From: Myxococcota bacterium
GTDB lineage: Bacteria > Myxococcota_A > UBA9160 > UBA6930
Assembly (NCBI GenBank): GCA_965223415.1
Contig: OZ245002.1
Span: forward strand, 1,984,001-2,048,000
DNA: 64,000 bases
Direction of reading: 5' to 3'
Under the pieces are notes generated by a model. The model was not told the DNA's origin, ran no database searches, and saw nothing but the letters and a program-made list of their open reading frames with translations. Made by a program: the position numbers and the translations under genes. This document shows positions 22,427 through 35,011 of the stretch, piece after piece; the first letter of the stretch is position 1; each line of letters starts with the position of its first letter.

Positions 22427-22480
22427 CGCGTCACGATAAACGGGGCAGCGGGTCGTCGCGTCACGATAAACGGGGCGGCG
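22427..22480. repeat. 24-bp direct repeat, 30-bp period, in a divergent promoter region
   Basis: cgcgtcacgataaacggggc(a/g)gcg at 22427 and 22457. Confidence 0.85.
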
Positions 22481-22543
22481 CCCCGCGTCTCGCCCGAAAC
22501 GGGTCGCTCAAGGCCGGTTTCCGGAGCGCCGATGCGGAGTTGC

Positions 22544-23320
22544 ATGATCTCCCCCAGATCCCTCCGACTGTTTGCGATCGCGTTCGCTTTCTTACTGGCA
22601 ACGCCTCTCGCCGTGCTGGCGCAGAGCTGGGTGCCGGTCGCGGTCGGCAACGCCTGGAGCTACCGCATCTCCCAGACGGCGGAGTACGCGCTGGGCGGCG
22701 AGGCCGTCTCCCGCGAATCGAAGAGCGGCCGCTACAGCCGGGAGATCGTGAAGAGCGGCCGACACTCCCAGGTGCCGGTGCCCGTCTACGTCTTCGAGGA
22801 CGTCCGCAAGTGGAAGGGCGCCGGCGAGGACGACCGCATGAGCAGCCTAGGCGCCGAGCGCGGTGGCGCGTTCCTCGAGTACGCGATGGACCTGGGCGAA
22901 GGCCTGGCGATGCACGACAGCCCGCTCGTCTACGTCCCCGCCTCGGTGAAGGGCGGCCTCGAATGGAAGGTGGGAACGGTCCAGCTCAGCGGCCTGACGG
23001 TGGAGATGCGCGGCGAGATCCTCGGGCTCCAGACCGCCAAAACCCCGGCCGGGCCCTTCGAGCGCTGCCTCAAGGTCCGCTACACCGGCGGCGTCTCGGG
23101 CCTGGTCGAGCTCGAGGACGGCCGGCTGCCGGTCCGCGGAGGCCAGCTCGACGTCCTCCACTGGTTCGCCCCGGGTGTGGGCCTGGTCATGGCCGAGGAG
23201 ACCCTGCGTCTGGACCTCCTCACCGCCCAGGGCACCATGACCAGCACCATGACCGACCGCTACGCCCTGGAGCGCTACGAGGTCGACGGCGCCCCCGCAC
23301 CGGCCCGTCGCGCCCGCTGA
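22544..23320 (+). CDS. Secreted beta-rich hypothetical protein
   Basis: Signal peptide, PVAVGNAWSY, KTPAGPFERCLKV, WFAPGVGLV. Confidence 0.75.
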   Translation: MISPRSLRLFAIAFAFLLATPLAVLAQSWVPVAVGNAWSYRISQTAEYALGGEAVSRESKSGRYSREIVKSGRHSQVPVPVYVFEDVRKWKGAGEDDRMSSLGAERGGAFLEYAMDLGEGLAMHDSPLVYVPASVKGGLEWKVGTVQLSGLTVEMRGEILGLQTAKTPAGPFERCLKVRYTGGVSGLVELEDGRLPVRGGQLDVLHWFAPGVGLVMAEETLRLDLLTAQGTMTSTMTDRYALERYEVDGAPAPARRAR

Positions 23321-23391
23321 GGCCCACTCCGGGCCGGTCCCTGGGGGGATTGCCCCTCAAGCGTATCCCGTGACCGGCCGAAACAGGCCGA

Positions 23392-23967
23392 ATGCCCCAG
23401 TTCGGGACCGACGTCGCGGAAGACCTCGTGCTCATCGAAGTGAAGATGAAGCAGCTCAAGAACGAGTACGAGCAGTACTTCCTGGGCACCCGCAAGCGCG
23501 AGCCCCACATGCTCCGCGGCGAGGTGAACAAGATGATCGTCACCTACACGAACATCCCGCTCAACAACACGGGCCACCGCTTCAAGTTCAACAACCTCCG
23601 CGCCCGCTACTTCGCCTTCAAGCGCCTGTGGGACGACACCCTCCGCAAGATCGAAGAAGGCCGCTACGAGCGACACCTCTTCAAGGCCAATCTCCATGAG
23701 CGCGAGCGCACGGATTCGGTGGAGCGCCGCCGCGACGTCACCGCGCGGGACACCGGCCCGGGCCGCGACGAGCTCTTCGACGCCTACGTCACCGCCCGCG
23801 ACTCCACCGGCCAGGGCTCGAAGGGCATCACCCGCGACAAGCTCGAGAAGGTGCTGGCCAAGCAGGAGGCGGCGATCCGCCAGAAGTTCCGGTGTGAGAA
23901 GGTGAAGTTCCGGGTGGTCGTCGAGGCCGGGAAGGCAAAGGTCAAGGCCACGCCGGTTCGGGCTTGA
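23392..23967 (+). CDS. Hypothetical protein resembling the MXAN_5187 C-terminal domain
   Basis: YEQYFLGTRKREP...FKFNNLRARY...LFDAYV...VKFRVVVEAGKAKVKA; family assignment from memory only. Confidence 0.65.
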   Translation: MPQFGTDVAEDLVLIEVKMKQLKNEYEQYFLGTRKREPHMLRGEVNKMIVTYTNIPLNNTGHRFKFNNLRARYFAFKRLWDDTLRKIEEGRYERHLFKANLHERERTDSVERRRDVTARDTGPGRDELFDAYVTARDSTGQGSKGITRDKLEKVLAKQEAAIRQKFRCEKVKFRVVVEAGKAKVKATPVRA

Positions 23968-23987
23968 GGGCGGTTCTCGTTCGGTAG

Positions 23988-24098
23988 GCCGCTTCGCTTC
24001 TCGGGGCGGATCACGGGGCGGGGGGACGGCCAGCGCTCCATGGCTCGGCCTGCCCCCGCTCCCGGCGACTCCCAAGCCCGCAAGAGAAGCGAAGCGGC
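23988..24098. repeat. 111-bp element bounded by 15-bp perfect inverted repeats
   Basis: GCCGCTTCGCTTCTC ... GAGAAGCGAAGCGGC, flanked by TAG on both sides. Confidence 0.6.
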
Positions 24099-24514
24099 TA
24101 GCTCTTGAACTTCTCCGACACCGCCACCCGCGCGATCGCCCGGGAGTACGCCTCCTGGTACTCCTCGTAGAGCTCCTCCCCCTCGTCGCTCTGGCGCATC
24201 TCCTCGAGCTGCTTCCTGGCCCGGTCCGCCGCCACCTGCGCCCGCTCGAAGTCGATCTCGTGGGAGAACTCGCAGGTTCCGACCATCACCGTGACGGCGT
24301 TCTCGTGGACCTCCGCGATGCCCTTGGAAACGGCGGCGAGCAGGGTCTCGGAGTTCTGCTGCACCTCCATCTCGCCCGGGCGCAGGCTGGTCATGAAGAC
24401 CTCGTGGCCCTCGAGGATGCCGAAGTCGCCCTCGATGCCGGGCAGCACGACGCTCTCCACCTCGCCCTGGAAGGCCTGGCCCTCGGGCGTCACCACCGTG
24501 AGATCGATCGCCAT
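24098..24514 (-). CDS. atpC: ATP synthase epsilon subunit
   Basis: LTVVTPE...LPGIEGDFGILEGH; position after atpD. Confidence 0.95.
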   Translation of the reverse strand: MAIDLTVVTPEGQAFQGEVESVVLPGIEGDFGILEGHEVFMTSLRPGEMEVQQNSETLLAAVSKGIAEVHENAVTVMVGTCEFSHEIDFERAQVAADRARKQLEEMRQSDEGEELYEEYQEAYSRAIARVAVSEKFKS

Positions 24515-24516
24515 CG

Positions 24517-26860
<2,344 letters not shown>

Positions 26861-26865
26861 GTCGG

Positions 26866-28410
<1,545 letters not shown>

Positions 28411-28480
28411 GGCTTCTGGGGCTCCGCGTTCGCGGCGCGCTCGGGGCGCCGCGGGGTGGATGGTGGGAAGGGACGGCCGA

Positions 28481-29023
28481 CTAGCCCCTGGCGAGGCTCG
28501 CGCGCAGCTGCTGGAGCTGGCTCTTCAGACTGCCGTCGTAGACGGTGTCGCCGATCTGGGCGACGACGCCGCCCAGCAGGCTCGGATCGATCTCGATCTC
28601 CAGCTCCACGTCGCCGCCGGCGCGGGCGCCGAGGGCACGCTGGAGACGCGAGCGCTGCTCGTCGGTGAGCGGCGCGGCACAGCGCACCTGGGCCTTGGTG
28701 CGCCCGGCGTCGCGATCCGCCAGCTCGCCGAAGGCGGCCTCGATCGCCGCGTAGTCCACGAGCCGCCGCTGGTCGATCAGGAACGAATAGAAGCTGCGCA
28801 GGAGTGCGCTCGCCCCGAGCTTCTCCGCCACCGTGGCCAGCACCGCTCGCCGCTGGCCGGTCGGGTGGAGGGGCTGGAGGAGCACCTCGCGCAGCTCGTC
28901 GTTCTCCTGGAGCAGGCCGCCGAGGGCAGCCAGCTCCCCGCGCACGGCGTCGACGTTGCCGTGCTCCTTGGCGAGCTGGAAGAGCGCCTTCGCATAGCGT
29001 TCGGCGGCGGCGGCCCGTGCCAC
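28481..29023 (-). CDS. atpH: ATP synthase delta subunit
   Basis: AERYAKALF...[25 protein letters not shown]. Confidence 0.95.
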   Translation of the reverse strand: MARAAAAERYAKALFQLAKEHGNVDAVRGELAALGGLLQENDELREVLLQPLHPTGQRRAVLATVAEKLGASALLRSFYSFLIDQRRLVDYAAIEAAFGELADRDAGRTKAQVRCAAPLTDEQRSRLQRALGARAGGDVELEIEIDPSLLGGVVAQIGDTVYDGSLKSQLQQLRASLARG

Positions 29024-29574
29024 TAGTGCGTCCCTCCCTGCTCGACCTTCTGGATGAATTCGTCGACGAGGCGCAGGCGGTCCTCGTCGTCCACCTGCTC
29101 GGTGAGGATCTTGCCGGCGAGCTCGGTGGCCAGGTCCGCCACCTCGTCGCGCAGGGACACCTTCGCGGCGCGCAGCTCTCGGTCGACCACGGCGCCAGCG
29201 CTGGCGCGAATGCGCTCGGCGGTGGCCTCCGCGTCGGCGACGATGGCTTCGCGCTCCTGCTGGGCGGCCTTGTGGGCGGCGGCGCGGATCGATTCCACCT
29301 CGGTATCGAGCTGGGCGGCGCGCTGGGTCCACTCCTGGAGCTTGCTCTCGGCCTGCTGGAGCAGCTTCTCGGAGCCCTCCAGATTGCCCTGGATCTCGTC
29401 GCGGCGATCGCTCAGGTAGGCGAGCACGGGCTTGCGCGCGAAGTAGACCAGCACGCCCACGAGCAGGACCAGGTTCGCGACCTCCCAGAAGAGGCCCATG
29501 CCTCCTTCGGCCGCGGCGTGGGCCGCGCTGGGAACGAGGGCGAGCCCCGCGAGCGAGAGGGCGACACGCTTCAC
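29023..29574 (-). CDS. atpF: ATP synthase F0 subunit b
   Basis: TM segment (WEVANLVLLVGVLVYFARKP) plus charged coiled coil; operon position. Confidence 0.9.
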   Translation of the reverse strand: MKRVALSLAGLALVPSAAHAAAEGGMGLFWEVANLVLLVGVLVYFARKPVLAYLSDRRDEIQGNLEGSEKLLQQAESKLQEWTQRAAQLDTEVESIRAAAHKAAQQEREAIVADAEATAERIRASAGAVVDRELRAAKVSLRDEVADLATELAGKILTEQVDDEDRLRLVDEFIQKVEQGGTH

Positions 29575-30140
29575 GACAGGCTCCTTCCGAGCACCCGGCT
29601 GGCGGCCTCGCGGGCGAGCTGCTCCGCCTGGGTGCGCAGCTCCTGGCGCGCGCCGGCCAGCGCCTCGGCCACGCCGCTGCGAGCGCGCTGCACCTCGCTC
29701 TCGGCGTCTCCGCGGGCCGAGGCGGTGACGCGCGATTGCTCGCGGCGCGCCTCCTCGAGCTGACCGCGGCGGTCCTCCTCGGCGAGCTTGCGCGCCTCGG
29801 TGACGGCGACCTGGTACTCGCCGAGCACACGCTCCGCCTCGGCGTCGATCTCCTTCGCCCGGCCGCGCGCTCCCTCGATGCGCCGGTCGCGCTCTTCGAG
29901 GACGCCGAGCAGCGGCTGGAAGAGGAGCTTGTTCGCGGGCCAGATCAGAAGCGTGAAGAAGACGAGGAGCTGGACTTCGAGTGCCTTCCAGGGAGTCTTC
30001 CAGAGCTGCCCGTCGCCGTAGAGAAGATCCTGGACGATTTCGGGGAAGATCACGAGCCCGCCCTCGGCGGCGCCGGCGGCCATCGGAGCCCCCGCCAGGG
30101 CCGCGGCCGTTGCGATCGTCACGATGCGTCTTCGCGTCAT
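29571..30140 (-). CDS. ATP synthase F0 subunit b'
   Basis: QLLVFFTLLIWPANKLLFQPLLGVLEERDRRI plus coiled coil. Confidence 0.88.
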   Translation of the reverse strand: MTRRRIVTIATAAALAGAPMAAGAAEGGLVIFPEIVQDLLYGDGQLWKTPWKALEVQLLVFFTLLIWPANKLLFQPLLGVLEERDRRIEGARGRAKEIDAEAERVLGEYQVAVTEARKLAEEDRRGQLEEARREQSRVTASARGDAESEVQRARSGVAEALAGARQELRTQAEQLAREAASRVLGRSLS

Positions 30141-30337
30141 CGCCTCTCTCGAGCTCCTTCCGTCCCGTCCGACCCGTCTGTCCCCGCGGCAGTCCCGGCG
30201 CCGGCGGGGGGCGCCGGCGGCCGTCGTGCTCCCCGGTTCGCGGCCTCCGGGGCGAGGCCAGGGCGGAGACGGGCCCTCTCGGGCCGGTCTCGGGCGGCGC
30301 CAATGCTTGCAAATCCGCCCCGAGTTTCAAGCCGGGA

Positions 30338-30715
30338 TCAGGGCGATTCCGTCGCGGAATCGGGGGCCTGGACGCCCTCCGGGCCGCTGCCGACGGCGTG
30401 CGCGGGGGGCGGCTCCGGCGAGGTGCGGCAGCTCCCCTGGAGAATGCCGCCTTCGGCGACCTTCACTCGGGGCGTGACCAGGTTGCCGACCACCTGCCCG
30501 CTGGGCAGGAGCTCCGCCCGCTCGTGGGCCCAGACCTCTCCCTCCAGCAGGCCCTCGACCACCAGCACGTCCACCTCCACCTGGGCCTGGACGTGGGCGC
30601 CGGGGCCGATCTCGAGCCGTCCGGTGGCGTGGATCGTGCCGGTGATGGTGCCGTCCACCCGGGCGGCGCCCCGAAAGGTGAGCAGCCCGTCGAAGTGGCT
30701 TCCGCTCCCGATCAC
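30338..30715 (-). CDS. Bactofilin (polymer-forming cytoskeletal protein); true start may be about 30748
   Basis: IGSGSHFDGLLTFRGAARVDGTITG...VVEGLLEGEV...GQVVGNL beta-helix repeats; follows parB. Confidence 0.88.
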   Translation of the reverse strand: MIGSGSHFDGLLTFRGAARVDGTITGTIHATGRLEIGPGAHVQAQVEVDVLVVEGLLEGEVWAHERAELLPSGQVVGNLVTPRVKVAEGGILQGSCRTSPEPPPAHAVGSGPEGVQAPDSATESP

Positions 30716-30744
30716 GGTGGGAGCCGGCTCGTCGCTGGCGATCT

Positions 30745-31671
30745 TCAGAAGCGTGACCCTTCCAGGATGGCCTGGCTCAGGCGGTGCAGGTCCTCGGCGT
30801 CGTAGAAGTCGATCTCGATGCGGCCCTGCGAGCCGCTCGCGGTGATGCGCACCTGGGTCTGGAGGCGCTCCCGCAGCGCGTCGATCAGGCCCTGCAGGTT
30901 CGGGTCGGTGCCGGCCGCGGCGCGGGGCCGGGGCTTTCGCCGGCGGGCGGGGCCGGCCGCCTGGCGCGCCAGCTCCTCGGCGCCCCGCACGGAGATCTGC
31001 TCGGCGACGATCCGGTCGCGCAGGTGGTGTCGGCGCTCCGGGTTGCCGACGGCGAGCAGCGCCTTGGCGTGGCCCATGCGCAGGGCGCCGTTCTCCACGT
31101 CGGCCTGGAGCTCGCGGGGCAGCTCGAGGAGCCGCAGATGGTTGGCGACGCTCGAGCGATCGAGGCCCACGCGGCGTCCCACCTCCTCCTGGGTCGCGCC
31201 CTGCTCCTGGAGCGCGCGGAAGGCCAGCGCCAGCTCGATCGGGTTCAGGTCGGCGCGCTGGACGTTCTCGACGAGGGCCACCTCGAGGAGATCCCGCGGC
31301 GCCACGTCCTGCACCGTCGCGGGAAGGGTCTCGAGGCCCGCCAGCCGGCTGGCCCGCCAGCGCCGCTCACCGACGACGAGCTCGTAGGGCGCCGCGCTTC
31401 CCTCCGGCGCACGTCGCACGACGACGGGCTGGAGCACACCGTGGCGACGGACCGAATCGGCCAGACGCTGGAGCTCCTCGTCGTCGAAGACGCGGCGGGG
31501 CTGCTCCGGGTTCGGCGCGATCGCCTCCACTGGAAGCTCCGCCCAGCCGTTGCCGCCGGGTATGACACTGTCCTGTGTCGGAGGCGTCTCCGTCCGCGTC
31601 TCCGCGGGCGGCGGTGCGGCGGGGATGAGCGCGTCGAGTCCGCGTCCGAGTGCGTTCCTGCGTGAAGCCAT
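30745..31671 (-). CDS. parB: Chromosome partitioning protein ParB
   Basis: ALGRGLDAL, PNPEQPR, VGERRWRA, ENVQRADLNPIE. Confidence 0.97.
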   Translation of the reverse strand: MASRRNALGRGLDALIPAAPPPAETRTETPPTQDSVIPGGNGWAELPVEAIAPNPEQPRRVFDDEELQRLADSVRRHGVLQPVVVRRAPEGSAAPYELVVGERRWRASRLAGLETLPATVQDVAPRDLLEVALVENVQRADLNPIELALAFRALQEQGATQEEVGRRVGLDRSSVANHLRLLELPRELQADVENGALRMGHAKALLAVGNPERRHHLRDRIVAEQISVRGAEELARQAAGPARRRKPRPRAAAGTDPNLQGLIDALRERLQTQVRITASGSQGRIEIDFYDAEDLHRLSQAILEGSRF

Positions 31672-31682
31672 GGGGTCCTCGC

Positions 31683-32540
31683 TCAGCCCGCCGATTGCAC
31701 GGCGGCCAGGGGAAGGGTCGGTGGCTTGCGCGGCGGACCCGGGTAGCGCCGCATCAGCTCGCCGGCCAGGTCCAGGTAGGCGCGCGCACCCTTGGACGCG
31801 ATGTCGTAGAGCAGGATGGGCTTGCCATGGCTGGGGGCCTCGCTGAGCCGCACGTTGCGCGGAATCACGGTGGCGAAGACCTGATCGCCGAAGTGGGAGC
31901 GCACCTCCTGCTCGACCTGCCGGCTCAGGTTGGCGCGGCGGTCCATCATCGTGAGGACGATGCCTTCGATGCCGAGGGACGGGTGCAGCGCGGTGCGAAC
32001 CCGCTCGACCGTGTCACGGAGCCTCGCGAGGCCCTCGAGGGCGTAGTACTCGCACTGAAGTGGAATCAACACGCTATCCGCGGCGCAGAGGGCGTTCAAC
32101 GTCAGGAGGCTCAGGGACGGCGGGCAGTCGACCAGGACGAAGTCATAGTGGGGCAAAATGTCCACCAAGGCGAGCCGCAGGCGGCTCTCGCGAGCCTCGG
32201 CGGCCACCAGCTCGATCTCGGCGCCAGCGAGATCAGGCCCCGCGGGGACGATGTGGAGGTGGCCGAGCTCGGTTCCCACGGCGGCCTGGGGCAGGGTGCT
32301 CTCGCCGGAGAGGACGTCGTAGAGCTGATGCTCGGGGGAGGCGATGCCGTAGGCGCTCGAGGCGTTGGCCTGGGGGTCGAGGTCGACCAGGAGGACCGGG
32401 CGCTCGGCGGCGGCGATGGAGGCGGCCAGGTTGACGGCGGTCGTGGTCTTGCCGACGCCGCCCTTCTGGTTGACGACGGCGAGGACGCGGGCGCCGGTGG
32501 GGGCGCTGTGGTGGGCGTCTTGGATGGTTGGCTCTCTCAC
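31683..32540 (-). CDS. parA: Chromosome partitioning ATPase ParA/Soj (start approximate)
   Basis: NQKGGVGKTTT, DLDPQAN, DCPPSL, PRNVRLSEAPSHG. Confidence 0.96.
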   Translation of the reverse strand: MREPTIQDAHHSAPTGARVLAVVNQKGGVGKTTTAVNLAASIAAAERPVLLVDLDPQANASSAYGIASPEHQLYDVLSGESTLPQAAVGTELGHLHIVPAGPDLAGAEIELVAAEARESRLRLALVDILPHYDFVLVDCPPSLSLLTLNALCAADSVLIPLQCEYYALEGLARLRDTVERVRTALHPSLGIEGIVLTMMDRRANLSRQVEQEVRSHFGDQVFATVIPRNVRLSEAPSHGKPILLYDIASKGARAYLDLAGELMRRYPGPPRKPPTLPLAAVQSAG

Positions 32541-32600
32541 CCCGGGGCAGGTTGTGCCCCTAACCGGTCGTTGTATCACTGGGTCCTGGGGGCGTCCAGG

Positions 32601-32616
32601 TGTTCCACGGGGAACG
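32601..32616. promoter_or_regulatory. parS site (variant)
   Basis: TGTTCCACGGGGAACG, upstream of parA. Confidence 0.8.
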
Positions 32617-32631
32617 TCCTCTGGGCGGGGG

Positions 32632-32849
32632 TCTCTTGCGGGACTTCGGGGCGGGGGCCGGGCGGGGGTGCTTGCGCTGGTCTCCTTGCCACCGAGGTGT
32701 GCGGGGCAGGGCCCTTTCTTGCCGGAGAGTCGGCACCGGGGATGGATGGAGCTCCAGGGCGTCTGGAGGGCCCTGGCGGGGCGGGTGGGCACTTGCGGCC
32801 TCATGGCGGGATCCGTCGCTCGCTCCAGCACCCCCGTCCGGCCCTCGGG
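32632..32849. repeat. About 220-bp non-coding direct repeat, copy 1
   Basis: Highly similar to 33650-33869. Confidence 0.93.
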
Positions 32850-32951
32850 AAGGCTGGGCGACATCGGTCCCGGGGGAGACGGTCGGGGGGGGGGGGCTCG
32901 TGCGAGAGGGGGTGGCGACCGGTTTCGTGGGGTCAAAAAGGGGGAGGTGGG

Positions 32952-32967
32952 CGTTCCATGGGGAACG
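32952..32967. promoter_or_regulatory. parS site (variant)
   Basis: CGTTCCATGGGGAACG. Confidence 0.7.
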
Positions 32968-32996
32968 GTGGTGGGCCGCTGGGTTCGCGGGGCGGG

Positions 32997-33608
32997 TTAG
33001 GCGGCGGCGGTCGTGAGGGTGACGACGTGGCGGGTGGTGCCGGCGAGGGGGTAGGGGTGGAGATGGGCGGCCGGGGGGAGGTCGTTGGGGGGGTGGGGGC
33101 CGGTTTGGGCGAGGATGCGGCCGCCGGGGCGGACGGTGGGGTGGGCTCGTTCCAGCCAGGCGGTGAGGGGCCAGGTGGCCCGGGAGACGGCAACGTCCCA
33201 GGCGGCGTCCGGGGGGAGGTCTTCGAGGCGGGCCCGGAGGGCTTCGGTGTTGGGGAGGGGGAGCTCGCGGATCATGGCGCGGAGGAAGGCGTGCTTCTTG
33301 CCGTTGGGCTCCAGGAGAGTCACCCGGGCGTCGGGGCGCAGGATGGCGATCGGGATGCCGGGCAGGCCGGCGCCGCTGCCGACGTCGAGAACTCGGAAGG
33401 GCCGCTCGGGCAGGTGGGGGAGCAGAGGAAGGGCGTCGGCCACGTGCTCGGCGAGGATGGCCTCGACGCTCGTCGCTCCGGTGAGGCGGATGCGTTGGTT
33501 CCAGGCGTGGAGGCTCTCGGCGTAGCGGCGGAGCTGGTCTTCCTGGGGCGGCGAGAGCTCCAGGCCTCGGGCCAGGGGGCCGAGGGCGGCGCGGACGTCG
33601 GGGCTCAC
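32997..33608 (-). CDS. rsmG: 16S rRNA m7G527 methyltransferase
   Basis: WNQRIRLT, HVADAL, LDVGSGAGLPGIP, KKHAFL, VSRA. Confidence 0.93.
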   Translation of the reverse strand: MSPDVRAALGPLARGLELSPPQEDQLRRYAESLHAWNQRIRLTGATSVEAILAEHVADALPLLPHLPERPFRVLDVGSGAGLPGIPIAILRPDARVTLLEPNGKKHAFLRAMIRELPLPNTEALRARLEDLPPDAAWDVAVSRATWPLTAWLERAHPTVRPGGRILAQTGPHPPNDLPPAAHLHPYPLAGTTRHVVTLTTAAA

Positions 33609-33649
33609 CGGCAGTGGGTTCCACGGGGGGTGGTGGTTTGGCGGGGGGC

Positions 33650-33869
33650 TCTCTTGCGGGGCTGCGGGGCGGGGGCCGGGCGGGGGTGCTTGCGCTGGTC
33701 TCCTCGACACCGAGGTGTGCGGGGCAGGGCGCTTTCTTGCCGGAGAGTCGGCGCTTTGGAGACGGATGGAGCTCCAGGGCCTTGGGAGGGCCCTGGCGGG
33801 GCGGGTGGACACTTGGGGCCGCATGGCGGGATCCGTCGCTCGCTCCAGCACCCCCGCCCGGCCCTCGGG
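33650..33869. repeat. About 220-bp non-coding direct repeat, copy 2
   Basis: Highly similar to 32632-32849. Confidence 0.93.
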
Positions 33870-33978
33870 GCGGCCCGGCCGGTGACGGCCCGGTGGGAGA
33901 TGTTCGGGGCGGCTCGCGCGGTCGGGGGGGGGGGGGGGGGGGGTGACTGGTCCGGTTAGATGGGAAGGGGGAGAGGGG

Positions 33979-34037
33979 CGTTCCACGGGGAACACGTGCA
34001 GCGTCTCGGAGGCCGCTCGCGTGTTCCCCGTGGAACA
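33979..34037. promoter_or_regulatory. Two parS sites (variant), inverted relative to each other
   Basis: CGTTCCACGGGGAACA (33979-33994) and TGTTCCCCGTGGAACA (34022-34037). Confidence 0.8.
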
Positions 34038-34043
34038 TCCTTG

Positions 34044-34973
34044 CTAGTCGTCGTTGGAGGCCGCCGCCTCGGCGGCCTTCTCGGCCTCGTCGTACTCGGG
34101 CGCGCCTTCCGGGACGACCAGGACCTGGCGATAGCGGCCCTCGCCACGGCTCATGGTCGCCACGCTGTCGGTGTCGCGCAGGGTGACGTGGATGATGCGC
34201 CGGTCGCGCGGGCTCATCGGCTCGAGGGCGACGGTGCGGCCCGTGTCCTGGGCGCGCCGGGCGGCCCGCTCGGCCACGCGCTCGACGAAGTCGTCGCGGC
34301 GCCCGCGGTTGCCCTCGACGTCCACGATGATGCGCTTGGGATCCTCCTCGCCGCGGCTGGCTGCCTGGTTCGCGAGGAGCTGGATCGCGTCGGGGGTCCG
34401 GCCGTCGCCTGCGGTGAGCCCGTTCGCCGCGGCGCCGCTCACCTGGTAGACGATGAACTTCTCCTCCTCGGCCTCCTTGACGATCTCGAAGGGGCCCAGG
34501 TCCATCCGCTCGATCACGCCGAGGACGAACTCGCCGATCGGGCCGATCTCGCCCTTGGCTTCGCCCTTCGACGGCCCGAGGTCCTCGGCCGGGGCGATCT
34601 CCTCGTCCGCAGCCGCGCTCGCGCGATCCCGGTCCCGGTCCCTGTCGCGGTCCCGATCCCGGTCCCTGCCGCCGCGGGCACGGCCACCGCGATCCCGGTC
34701 GCGTCCGCGCCCACGGTCCCGATCCCGGTCGCGATCGTTGCGGTCGCGACGCGGGCCCCGGTCATCGGAGCGACCACCCTGGATGGTCCCGACGGCTGCG
34801 GTCGGCTGGGCGACGACGACCACTCGGCCGCCGAGGCCGGACACGCCGGTCTCGCCGAACTCCGTGATCGTCAGCTCGGCCCGCTCCATCCCGAAGTAGG
34901 TAATGGCCTTGGCGATGGCTTCTTCGGCGTCGCCGCCCAGGAACTCGTGGGCTTCGGCCTTGGGATCGTACAT
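34044..34973 (-). CDS. jag: Jag/EloR/KhpB RNA-binding protein with an Arg-Asp low-complexity linker
   Basis: Jag N-terminus, KH-like segment, R3H (PMSPRDRRIIH); follows yidC. Confidence 0.9.
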   Translation of the reverse strand: MYDPKAEAHEFLGGDAEEAIAKAITYFGMERAELTITEFGETGVSGLGGRVVVVAQPTAAVGTIQGGRSDDRGPRRDRNDRDRDRDRGRGRDRDRGGRARGGRDRDRDRDRDRDRDRASAAADEEIAPAEDLGPSKGEAKGEIGPIGEFVLGVIERMDLGPFEIVKEAEEEKFIVYQVSGAAANGLTAGDGRTPDAIQLLANQAASRGEEDPKRIIVDVEGNRGRRDDFVERVAERAARRAQDTGRTVALEPMSPRDRRIIHVTLRDTDSVATMSRGEGRYRQVLVVPEGAPEYDEAEKAAEAAASNDD

Positions 34974-35011
34974 GGGGAATGTCTCCTTCGAATCCTGTTG
35001 CGATGCGCCGG

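Noticed and set aside
30290..30312. Possible sigma54 promoter near the atpF' upstream region
   Set aside because: GG-to-GC spacing is 11 rather than 10 nt, and it points away from the atp genes.
31650..34038. Long Pro/Gly-rich ORFs across the parS repeat region (31650-33959 +, 32560-34038 -)
   Set aside because: Low-complexity translations of G-rich repeats that overlap parA and rsmG.
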